From: Alphaproteobacteria bacterium
GTDB taxonomy: Bacteria; Pseudomonadota; Alphaproteobacteria; JAAXGF01
DNA length: 64,000 nucleotides
Reading direction: 5' to 3'
NCBI GenBank assembly: GCA_963555825.3
Contig: CAUVXB020000002.1
Coordinates: 2,432,001 to 2,496,000 of the forward strand
Below the pieces are notes generated by a model. That model did no database searches and was not told where the DNA came from. It saw only the letters and a list, made by a program, of their open reading frames with translations. Numbering within the stretch: position 1 is the first letter of the stretch; each line of letters begins with the position of its first letter. Both the position numbers and the translations under genes were made by a program. Positions 30,822-40,055 of the stretch are shown one piece after another.

Positions 30822-32123
30822 ATGAAGCGCTTGGTGCTCGGCGTCGCCTTGGCGATCACGCTGGCCGGCGACGCGTCGGCCGAGATGGCCGGCCACGGCG
30901 GCATGGTGCGCGCGCTCGGCATCTCGCCCGACGGCGGCACCGTGATCACCGGCAGCTTCGACTACACCGCCCGGCTGTGGGATTTCGTCGAGCAGAACGA
31001 GATCGCCTCGCTCGACGAGCACGGCGGTCCGGTCAACGCGGTCGTGTTCCTGCCCGACGGCAGGCAGGCGTTGAGCGCGAGCGACGACCGCACGGTCATT
31101 CTGTGGGACGTCGCCCGGCGGGAACCGATCCGCAGCTTCAACGGCCACGCCGCCAAGATCATGGCGCTCGCCGTCTCGCGCGACGGGCGGCTGGTCGCGA
31201 CGGGCGGCTGGGACGGCACGCTCAGGCTGTGGCGGCTCGACGACGGCCGCGAGATCCGCGTCATCAAGCAGATCAGCAACATCAACGCCGTCGCCTTCGG
31301 CGCCGACGGCGAGACCATTCTGACGGGCGCTCACGACGGCATGCTCCGGGTCTGGCGCGTGGCGACCGGCGAGCTGCTCACCACGCTGAGCGGCCATGGC
31401 TGGGGCGTCACTCAGATCACGGTATCACCGGACGGCCGCCGGGCGCTGTCGTCGAGCACCGACGAGAGTCTCCGGCTGTGGGATCTCGAGAGCTTCGAGC
31501 AGATCCGCCAGATGGCCGGCCACGACGGACCGATCTACGGCGTCGTCTTCGCGCCCGACGGCGAAACCGCGCTGTCGGGCGGCCGCGACGGCTTGCTGAT
31601 CCAGTGGGACCTCGAAACTGGCAACGCGATCAGGAAGATCAAGGCCCACGACGCGCCGGTCTGGGCGGTCGCGGTGACGCCCGACGGCCGCTTCGGCGTC
31701 ACCGCGAGCTCGGACGAGCGGGTACGCGTTTGGCATCTGGCGACGGGCGATCAAATCGGCATCGCCGACGAGGGCGCGAGCGAGCCCAAGCCCTGGCTGA
31801 CCAGCGACCATCCAGGCGCCAAGGTCTACCGCAAATGCGCCATGTGCCACTCGCTGGTGGTCGACGGGCCGCGGCGCTCGGGGCCCTATTTCGCCGGCCT
31901 GTTCGGGCGCCGCGCCGGCTCGGTGCCGGGCTACAAATACTCCTCGGCGCTCGACGGCGCCGACTTCGTGTGGGACGAGACGACGCTGCGCGCCCTGTTC
32001 GACCAGGGTCCCGACGTCTTCCTGCCGGGCACCAAGATGCCGCTGCAGCGCATCCCCGACGACGCACAGCTCACCGCGCTGATCGACTTCATGCGCGAGG
32101 TCACGGGCCGGTCGGCCGAATAG
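30822..32123 (+). CDS. WD40-repeat / cytochrome c fusion protein
   Basis: Signal peptide, about 7 GH...WD repeats, CAMCH haem motif, PGTKMP. Confidence 0.9.
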   Translation: MKRLVLGVALAITLAGDASAEMAGHGGMVRALGISPDGGTVITGSFDYTARLWDFVEQNEIASLDEHGGPVNAVVFLPDGRQALSASDDRTVILWDVARREPIRSFNGHAAKIMALAVSRDGRLVATGGWDGTLRLWRLDDGREIRVIKQISNINAVAFGADGETILTGAHDGMLRVWRVATGELLTTLSGHGWGVTQITVSPDGRRALSSSTDESLRLWDLESFEQIRQMAGHDGPIYGVVFAPDGETALSGGRDGLLIQWDLETGNAIRKIKAHDAPVWAVAVTPDGRFGVTASSDERVRVWHLATGDQIGIADEGASEPKPWLTSDHPGAKVYRKCAMCHSLVVDGPRRSGPYFAGLFGRRAGSVPGYKYSSALDGADFVWDETTLRALFDQGPDVFLPGTKMPLQRIPDDAQLTALIDFMREVTGRSAE

Positions 32124-32128
32124 GCTGC

Positions 32129-32256
32129 TAGAGTATTTTGCGGTCACCTAACGGTGACCTGCGCTCAATCTCCGCGCATGCCAATCTTATGGGATCAAAG
32201 CTGGCCGAACGGTCGGCGGCCCCCCTCCTGTCCCAATAAGACTGGCGCGGGCTGGC
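32129..32256 (-). repeat. Structured repeat family S, long copy (inverted)
   Basis: Reverse complement homologous to 6447-6577. Confidence 0.9.
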
Positions 32257-32290
32257 ATTTTCCACCCAGGAAGAAGACGCCGCCCGATGC

Positions 32291-32419
32291 CTAGTAGAGG
32301 CGCACGCTGTCGGACGCGGTGAACTGCTCGTCCGAGCCGGGATTGATATTGGTCATCAAGACGCCGGCGCCGATGGCGATCGCGATGGCGGCGGCAAAAC
32401 CGAGCATCATGGCCTTCAT
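32291..32419 (-). CDS. 42-aa membrane peptide (not in the ORF track)
   Basis: MKAMMLGFAAAIAIAIGAGVLMTNINPGSDEQFTASDSVRLY; GGGG upstream as RBS. Confidence 0.6.
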   Translation of the reverse strand: MKAMMLGFAAAIAIAIGAGVLMTNINPGSDEQFTASDSVRLY

Positions 32420-32523
32420 GTCACAGCCCCCATGGGCAATCGGTTGACGCGTCGAGACGGCATTCTACCGCCCGGCGGGTTCCAGGTGAAGCGTCTTGGT
32501 TGGCCGCCGCGTCATACCAAACA

Positions 32524-33570
32524 TCAATCACCCGCGCCGGCGGCGCGCAGCAGCTCGACGATGCCGCTCTCGCCAACCATCGCCGCCGCCTTGATCGCGG
32601 TCCAGCCGTCGTCGGCCCGCGCGCCAGGCTCGGCGCCGGCGCCGAGCAACACCTCGACGACCGAGCGCGCCCCCCGGTTGGCGGCGAGCATCAGAGCGGT
32701 GTTGCCGTTGACTGCGTTGCGCGCGTTGACCTCGGCGCCGCCCTCGAGCAGCGTGACGATCGTCCCCAGATGCCCGACGCGCGCGGCCAGCATGAGCGGC
32801 GTGTTGCCGTCGATGCCAGCGGCCTCGAGCCCGCCGCCGCCCTTGACCAGCGCACGGACGGTTGCGGTGTCGCCTTCCGCGGCGGCCCAGGCGAGCGCGC
32901 TGCGCCCCTTGGCATCGCGGGCGTCGATCTCGGGATCGTAAGCGAGCAGCACGCGCACGCCCTCGGTGAAGCCGACCTGGGCGGCGAGCATGAGCGGCGG
33001 TGTGCCGTCGGCAAGCGCGAGGTCGGCGTCGGCGCCGACGCCGAGCAGTTCGGCGACCATGTAGATGTCGCGCGCCCGCGTTGCCGCCAGCAACGCCGTC
33101 ATGCCGTCGCCCGCGCGCGCATCGGCGTCGGCGCCGGCACCGATCAACAAACGCAACACGGCCAGGCCACCCCGGCGAAAGGCCGCGGTGATCAGCGCCG
33201 TGTTGCCGTTTTCGGCGGCGTGGCCGACATCGGCGCCGGCGACGATCAACGCCTCGGCCACCCGCGACCAGTGGCCAGCGGCCGCGTTGATCAGCGCGGT
33301 CTTGCCGGCGGCATCGACGGCGTCGAACGCCGCGCCGCGGACGATCAACAACAGGACGACGCCGAGCTGCCCCGCCTCCGCGGCGATCATCAGCGGCGTC
33401 TCGCCGCGCTCGGCATCGCGCGCCTCGAGGTCGGCGCCGCGCTCGATCAGATCCTCGGCGAGCGCCGTGTCGCCGTCGCGCGCCGCCGCGATCAACAGGT
33501 CCTCGAGCTGACCCGCTTGCGCCCCGACGGGCGCCGCGAGGATGAACAGCACGGCGAGCCGCGCGGCCAT
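32524..33570 (-). CDS. Secreted ankyrin-repeat protein
   Basis: Signal peptide; many G.T(P/A)L..AA..G repeats. Confidence 0.9.
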   Translation of the reverse strand: MAARLAVLFILAAPVGAQAGQLEDLLIAAARDGDTALAEDLIERGADLEARDAERGETPLMIAAEAGQLGVVLLLIVRGAAFDAVDAAGKTALINAAAGHWSRVAEALIVAGADVGHAAENGNTALITAAFRRGGLAVLRLLIGAGADADARAGDGMTALLAATRARDIYMVAELLGVGADADLALADGTPPLMLAAQVGFTEGVRVLLAYDPEIDARDAKGRSALAWAAAEGDTATVRALVKGGGGLEAAGIDGNTPLMLAARVGHLGTIVTLLEGGAEVNARNAVNGNTALMLAANRGARSVVEVLLGAGAEPGARADDGWTAIKAAAMVGESGIVELLRAAGAGD

Positions 33571-33756
33571 CTTGGCGGCCCCCGATCCCGGTCGATATGC
33601 CGTCGATGCGAACATGGTTGCGCGCGAGGCTATCACGCCGCCCGGCGTGGGTGTAGGGGGCCGTCGCTTCGCGCCCCGCCATGGTGACGCCACCAGCGAC
33701 CTGCTACCATCACGGTGACCGGCGCGCGCGCCGCACGAAAATGGACCCGTTTCACG

Positions 33757-34767
33757 ATGCCCGATTTCTGGCGCGATTCCGGCTATCACCTGCTGGCGCG
33801 GCGCGACGACGGCAAGCTCGCCGTCACCGACGACTTCCTGCGCGCCTACATCACGCGGCCCGAGCTGGCGCCGGTCGACGAATCCTGCGACGCCGAGCGC
33901 GCGCTGCACGCCGCGCTGGTCAACAATCCGCGCGAGGCGGTCTCGGCCGAGCGCCTGGCCGCGCTTGCCGATCCGGACGCGCGCGAGAACTATGTCGTGG
34001 TGCTCGATTTCCGCGACCGCCTGGTCGCCGCCGGCGTCGTCGAGGACTGCTATCTGGGGCTCTTCATGGCGGCGCGCATCGACATACCGCCGCTGTTCAT
34101 CGACCAACTGGTGCACGCTGCGTTGCGCGGTCTGCTCGACGGCGCCGAGCCGCTGCGGGTACGCGCCGGCGAGCTGTTGTTCCGGCCGCAGATCGTCACG
34201 CTGCACGAGGGCGCGGTGCTCGCCGCCGACCAGGAGGTCGTCGAGATGTACGCCGCGACCGGCGGCTTCGGCGACCTCGGCCGGCTGCTCGCCCAGGCGC
34301 AGACGCCATCGCGCATGGTCGAGCTCGACGTGCTCGACCCGGACGACGCCGCGGTCTACTGGGACCGCGAGGCGCGCCACGACACGGTCATCGACCTGAC
34401 GACGGGCCGCGCCGGGCTCGACGCGCTGGCCCGCGTGCTCGAGGCCTGGATCGACCATTTCACCGGCGCCCGTGTGCGCATCGCGCCGGTCGCCTCGATC
34501 ACCGACGAGCGCTGGGTCTGGCACATCGGCCTCGACGCCGAGGCGACGCTGATGCTCAACGACCTCTACAACGGCGTCCCGCTCGACGAGGCGCGGCGCG
34601 AGCGGCTGCTCGGCCTGTTCCGCCTCGAATTCGACGATCCCTCGCTGATGCGTGCCGACATCGCCGGCCGCTCGGTCTACCTGGGCATGGCGATGACCGA
34701 GGACAAACTCCTGCGCCTCAAGCCGCAGAACCTGCTGGTCAACCTGCCCCTCGCCGCGCCCGCCTGA
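33757..34767 (+). CDS. DUF6352-like protein
   Basis: MPDFW..SGYHLL, RPELAP, IGLDAE, LKPQNLLVNLP. Confidence 0.72.
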   Translation: MPDFWRDSGYHLLARRDDGKLAVTDDFLRAYITRPELAPVDESCDAERALHAALVNNPREAVSAERLAALADPDARENYVVVLDFRDRLVAAGVVEDCYLGLFMAARIDIPPLFIDQLVHAALRGLLDGAEPLRVRAGELLFRPQIVTLHEGAVLAADQEVVEMYAATGGFGDLGRLLAQAQTPSRMVELDVLDPDDAAVYWDREARHDTVIDLTTGRAGLDALARVLEAWIDHFTGARVRIAPVASITDERWVWHIGLDAEATLMLNDLYNGVPLDEARRERLLGLFRLEFDDPSLMRADIAGRSVYLGMAMTEDKLLRLKPQNLLVNLPLAAPA

Positions 34768-34808
34768 CCAGTTCCTCAAGGCATCGAACCATGCGAAACG
34801 GTGTCTGA

Positions 34809-35983
34809 TACCAGTGAGCCTATGAAATCACCTTCATGATCCATGGATAGGCGCAGAGGGTTCGCATACGATCCGGTTCTGCGATGAGGTCGATCCATGC
34901 TTGGCAACAGGCGTCGATGATGGCCTCGGTGTCGTCGAGGACGCGGAGCGATAGGAAGCGTTCGCGTAGGTAGAGCCAAACCCGCTCGACGGGGTTGAGT
35001 TCGGGACTGTAAGGCGGCAACAGCGCCAAGGTGACGTTGTCGGGGACGGTGAGGGCGCGCTCGTCGTGCCAACCGGCGCCGTCGCACATCATGACGGCGT
35101 GCGCATCCTGGTCCAGGGTATCGGCGAAGTGTGCGAGAAACAGGTCCATGACCTTGGCGTTGACGCTCGGCATCACCAGGGTGACGTCGTCGCCGGTGTC
35201 CGGGCGCACGGCGGAGAAGATGTAGGCCCACTGGTAGCCGATTTGACGCGTCCCGGGGGCACGCTCGCCCCTGCGCCACCACCGGTGACACACCCGGCCC
35301 TTGTTGCCGACGCGCGCTTCATCCTGAAACCACAGCTGTAGGCGCTTGTCGGGATGCGCCGCGGCGGTCGCCTTCAGGATGTCGCGAAGCCCCCTTTTTT
35401 GAAGCGCTCCTGCGCTTCGGCGTCCCTTCGCGGGTGGCTCGGGCGCGCCTTCTGGCGGGAAAATCCCATCCGCCGTAGAACCCGGGTCATGCTCGAGGGG
35501 TGGTAGGTCTTGGCGAAGCGCTCCTCCAGCCAGCGGCACAGATCGGCCCGGGTCCAGGCGCAAACCCCGTCGCGCTCAGGCTCCGGCCCGGCGATGATGA
35601 CCGCCGCCAGCGCCGCTTCCTCGTCTGCCGTCAGCCGCCGCGGCGAGTAGCCCTTTGGACGGTCGTGAAGCCCCTCCAATCCCTTTGCATTGTAACGAAC
35701 AACCGCGTCGCGAAGCGTTTGGCGATCCATCCCCGCAAGCCGCGCGGCATCAGCCCGGGGCATCTCCTCCAAAGCATTCGCGATCCCATAGGCCCGCGCC
35801 GCCGCTCGACCGTACGATTCCACGCGAGCCCAGCGCCGAAGCTCCAAAGGCGTCAAATCATCCCGTATCTTGAGTGCTGATCCCATGACATCCCCCACAT
35901 CTGGTGGGAGACCATAGAATCACAATCCGCCATCATCCGCCATCAATGAATATCCCGAGAGTCAATTCAGGCGCTCACTGGTA
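34809..35983 (-). mobile_element. IS630-family element, copy 2
   Basis: Near-identical to copy 1 (one visible change, KAIS/KVIS); flanked by TGA direct repeat. Confidence 0.92.
34820..35886 (-). CDS. IS630 transposase (frameshift-joined)
   Basis: Same motifs as 18700-19766. Confidence 0.9.
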
Positions 35984-36150
35984 TGACACCGTTTTTGGCA
36001 CCGTTTTTCCAGGATTTCCGAACATCTCCGGATTTCCGAACATCTAAGGTGCATTTAAGGTGTCAGACACCTTTTCTCCTGCCGTTTTGCACAAAGACAG
36101 CCATAACGGTGTCTGACACCATTACGGTTTGGCACCAATACGGTTTGATG
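35984..36150. repeat. REP-like cluster of GGTGTC(A/T)GACACC palindromes plus a short direct repeat
   Basis: ggtgtcagacacc 36059-36071, ggtgtctgacacc 36108-36120, a third copy split by IS630; ggatttccgaacatct occurs twice. Confidence 0.7.
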
Positions 36151-36187
36151 CGCGGCGAGGCTCGGCGGCCGCGACTCATACCAAGGC

Positions 36188-36667
36188 TCAGGTGTCGTCC
36201 TCGACGACGTCCCAGATCTTGGCGTGCTGGGTGGCGCGCGACGGCGTGATGACGCTGAAGCGTTCGACGATGCCACGCTCGCCCAGCTCGCGCTCGACGG
36301 CGAGCAGCGTGTGGAGCTTGTGCTCGGCGATGCTGACGGCGAAGGCGACCTCGTCGCGCGCCGCGGGCAGCGCGGCCTCGAGGTCGGGCGCGCCATAGTC
36401 GGTGATGAAGTGGAGCGCCAGGCGCTGGATGACGTCGGCGTGGTCCGCCTCGTCGATCTCTGCGACCTCGACCAGCGTCGACCGGCCGAAGCTGGTGGTG
36501 CCGAGGAAGCCGTTGGCGAAGGCCTGGCGCCGTTTGCCGGTGAGCGCGGCCGGATCGGCGTGCGCGAAGGCGAAGGCGCCGGTCACCGCCCACTCGCCGG
36601 GCGCAGCGGCGCGTTCGAAGATGTGCGTGTCGGATTGGTCGAGGCGGATCACCCGCGGCAGCCGCAT
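36188..36667 (-). CDS. DUF6505-like protein
   Basis: RVIRLD.SD..IF..AA.PGEWAV.GAF.F, GFLG..SFGRST. Confidence 0.72.
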   Translation of the reverse strand: MRLPRVIRLDQSDTHIFERAAAPGEWAVTGAFAFAHADPAALTGKRRQAFANGFLGTTSFGRSTLVEVAEIDEADHADVIQRLALHFITDYGAPDLEAALPAARDEVAFAVSIAEHKLHTLLAVERELGERGIVERFSVITPSRATQHAKIWDVVEDDT

Positions 36668-36684
36668 GACGAACGCCGCGCCGC

Positions 36685-37320
36685 TCAGCCACCGAGCCTG
36701 AACGAGTTGGCGATCACCATCAGGTGGCGCAGGCGGCGCTCGTTCATGGTCTCGATCTCGGTGTAGAACCAGCGGTCCTCGATCCGCTGCAGGCGCAGCA
36801 CATGGTACTGGCGCACCGGCCCGACGTTGTAGACGCAGTAGAGCTCGTGGAAGCCGCCGCTCGCGTTGTAGCCGACGTGCGGCGCGTCGCAGAACGACAG
36901 CGGCAGTTCGGCGAGCGCGGTGATGCCCTTGAACAGCTCGGGGATGATCTTGCGCAGCGCGTCGAAGGCCGGGTCGCCGAACGGGCTGTCCGGGCTGTCG
37001 AGCAGCGCCTCGGCGCGGTCCATGTCGCCGAGGTTGCCGGTGAGCCGCGCCTTGAGCCAGTCGGCCGGGTCGTCGACCGCGCCGACGACCTCGCGCAGAT
37101 GAATTGCCGAGAGGTGCGAGAACGGCCCATCGACCGGCCGGATGGTGCGCAGATAACGCCATTCGCCGGTCGTCGAGGCGTTGGGCTCGAAGACGTCCTT
37201 GAAACCCTCGGGGACCTCGAACTCCTGGGCCTGGGCGGCACCGCCGGCGAGGCAGATGCCGACAACGGCGGCCGCCAATACGGCGCTCAGGCGGTGCGTG
37301 GTACGAAGCTGTGTGCTCAT
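36685..37320 (-). CDS. Secreted hypothetical protein
   Basis: Signal peptide ending AQA; host-like codon usage. Confidence 0.7.
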   Translation of the reverse strand: MSTQLRTTHRLSAVLAAAVVGICLAGGAAQAQEFEVPEGFKDVFEPNASTTGEWRYLRTIRPVDGPFSHLSAIHLREVVGAVDDPADWLKARLTGNLGDMDRAEALLDSPDSPFGDPAFDALRKIIPELFKGITALAELPLSFCDAPHVGYNASGGFHELYCVYNVGPVRQYHVLRLQRIEDRWFYTEIETMNERRLRHLMVIANSFRLGG

Positions 37321-37510
37321 GGAAGACCTGTCCTTGGCCGCGAACGGCCGCTTGGTTGGTCGCGCGATCCGGCCCCCCTCGCCAACTCGTTCACCATTGA
37401 ACGCCCTATCATGCCACAGGGAACGGCACCCTGATCAACGAAAATCCGACGACCGGGGTGGTTCCGGGCTACGCTGCCGGCCTACATCGCGTCCACCGCC
37501 CAGGCCAACC

Positions 37511-39165
37511 ATGAGCAGCGACGAGCGGCCGAACGCCGACGACACCGACCGCCAGGCGACGTTTCAGGAGGCCCAGCGGCACCACCTTGCCGGGCGATGG
37601 GACGCCGCGGCGCGCCTTTACGGCGATATTCTCGCGACATCGCCAGGCAACCCCGAAGTCCTGCAACTGCTCGGCGTCGTCGAGCTGCAGCGCGGCAACG
37701 CCGAGGTCGGCGTACGCCTGATCGAACAGGCCATCGCCCAGGTGCCGGACCACGCCGACGCGCATTTCAACCTGGGCGTCGCGCATCGCCAACGGGACGG
37801 CCACGCCAAGGCCGCCGACGCCTATCGCCGGGCGATCGCGGCGCGGCCCGAATTCGCCGAGGCGCACGGCGAACTGGCGCTGGTGCTGCACGCCCAAGGC
37901 CGGCTCGACGAGGCCGAGGCCGCCGCGCGGCGCGCCATCGCGCTCGATCTGGGCCTTGCGCTGGCGCACAACGCCTTGGGCATCGTGCTGCGCGACCAGG
38001 GCGCGGGCGAAGCGGCGATGGCTTCGTTTCGCGTGTCCCTGGCGCACGAGCCCCGCTTCGCCGAGGCGCACAACAACCTGGGCGTCGCGTTGCGCGACCG
38101 GGGCGATCACGCCGCCGCCGACGCCTATCGCCAGGCGCTCGCGCTCAAGCCCGATTTCGCCGAGGCCCACAACAATCTGGGCAACGCGCTGCAGGAACTG
38201 GGCCAGTCGGAGAAAGCTATCGCCACGCTGCGCGCGGCGCTAGGCGTCTCGCCCGACTATGCGACGGCGCACCACAACTTAGGCATAGCGCTGCTGCTCG
38301 TCGGCCAATTCGAAGAGGGCTGGGACGAATATGAATGGCGCTGGCGGGTCGAGAGCTTCGCCGCCGACCGCGCGCGCTTCCGCCAGCCCGTCTGGTCGGG
38401 CGCGCCGCTCGATGGCGAGACGGTGCTGGTCCACTCAGAGCAGGGCCTGGGCGACACGCTGCAGTTCATCCGCTATGTGCCGCACGTCGCCGCCGCCGGC
38501 GGCCGGGTCGTCGTCGAGTGCGAGCGCGGGCTCGCCCGGCTGCTTGCCGCGGTCGACGGCGTCGAGCGGATCGTCCTGAAGGGCACACCGCTGCCCAAAC
38601 ACGCGCTGCGTATGCCGTTGCTGAGCCTGCCCCGCATCGCCGGCACGACGCTCGCCAGCATGCCCGCCGAGGTGCCCTATCTCGCGGCGCCCGAAGGCGC
38701 GCGAAGACCGCTGCTCGCGCCCGCCGACGGCCGGCGGCGCGTCGGCATCGTCTGGGCCGGCAACCCGAAGCACGGCAAGGACCGCGCCCGCTCCTGCCCG
38801 CTCGGCCATTTCGCGGCGCTCGCCAGACGCGACGACATCGCGCTCTACAGCCTTCAGGTCGGCGCGCAGGCCGCCGAGCTTGGGTCCCTCGATGCGCCGA
38901 TCCGCGGACCTCGCGCCGGGGCTGACCGACTTCGCCGACACCGCCGCCGCGCTCGATGCGCTCGACCTGGTGAGCGCCGGCGCAGCCGGTCTGGACGCTG
39001 CATCCCGTGGCGCCAGACTGACGCTGGATGCTGGAACGCGACGACAGCCCCTGGTACCCGACCATGCGCCTGTTCCGCCAAGAGCGCCGAGGCGACTGGG
39101 CGGGCGTCTTCGCGCGCGTCGAGGCGGCGCTGAACGGCTTGCATCGGAACGGTGTTGTCCGTTAA
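37511..39165 (+). pseudogene. TPR + glycosyltransferase-9-like protein with damaged C-terminus
   Basis: TPRs (AEAHNNLG), EQGLGDTLQF, VGIVWAGNP; frameshift about 38905, apparent loss of the VDT..AHLAGA segment, TGA in D(W)RW before SPWYPTMRLFRQ. Confidence 0.8.
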
Positions 39166-39206
39166 ACGGGACCCGATCACGGGCAACCACGGGCCAAGAC
39201 CTCAAG

Positions 39207-40034
39207 ATGACCGAGCCGCTTCTGAAAGACATCGCCGAGGACGACATCGCCGCCTATCGGCGCGACGGTGCGTTTTGCCTGCGCGGGCATTTCGACAACC
39301 GCTGGCTGGCCAGGCTCGCAAAGGGGGTCGACGACAACATCGCCCAGCCCGGGCCGGTCGCCACCGAGCACCGGCTCGACGACGGCGCCGGGCGCTTCTT
39401 CGAAGACTATTGCAACTGGCGGCGCATCGCCGAGTACCGCGATTTCGTGCTGACCTCGCCGGCCGCGCGCATCGCCGCGGCGTTCATGGGCTCGGAGACC
39501 GTGCAGATATTCCACGAGCACGTTCTGGTCAAGGAGCCGGGCACGACCAAGAAGACGCCGTGGCACCACGACATGCCGTACTACTGCGTTCAGGGCAGCC
39601 AGGTCATCAGCCTGTGGATGCCGCTCGATCCGGTGCCGCGCGCCGTGTGCCCGGAATTCGTCGCCGGCTCGCACCTCTGGGGCAAGCTCTTCTATCCGCG
39701 CAAGTTCGACGACGGCGCCGACTACGACTACGCGGGCGGCGGTTTCGAGACGATGCCCGACATCGACGCCAACCGCGGCGACTACAAAATCCTGTCGTGG
39801 GGCCTCGAGCCCGGCGACGCCATCCTGTTCCACTATTTGACGGTGCACGGCGCGCCGGGCAATCCGGGCGCCGGTCGCCGGCGCGCCTTCTCGAGCCGCT
39901 GGCTGGGCGACGACGCGCGCTTCGCCGAGCGGCCGGGGACCACCTCGCCGCCCTTCCCCGGCATCGGCCAGGCCGACGGCGAGCGTCTGCGCGAGGATTG
40001 GTTCCCGACCGTCTTGAGGCGCGCGGAAGGCTAA
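39207..40034 (+). CDS. Phytanoyl-CoA dioxygenase family Fe(II)/2OG enzyme
   Basis: TPWHHD, GSHLW, TVHGA, RRAFS. Confidence 0.9.
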   Translation: MTEPLLKDIAEDDIAAYRRDGAFCLRGHFDNRWLARLAKGVDDNIAQPGPVATEHRLDDGAGRFFEDYCNWRRIAEYRDFVLTSPAARIAAAFMGSETVQIFHEHVLVKEPGTTKKTPWHHDMPYYCVQGSQVISLWMPLDPVPRAVCPEFVAGSHLWGKLFYPRKFDDGADYDYAGGGFETMPDIDANRGDYKILSWGLEPGDAILFHYLTVHGAPGNPGAGRRRAFSSRWLGDDARFAERPGTTSPPFPGIGQADGERLREDWFPTVLRRAEG

Positions 40035-40055
40035 ACTACCGAGGAGTGGCCCGCG

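Noticed and set aside
32524-34779. 751-aa ankyrin fusion in the ORF track
   Set aside because: The upstream 400 aa are the antisense shadow of the DUF6352-like gene; a signal peptide begins at 33570.
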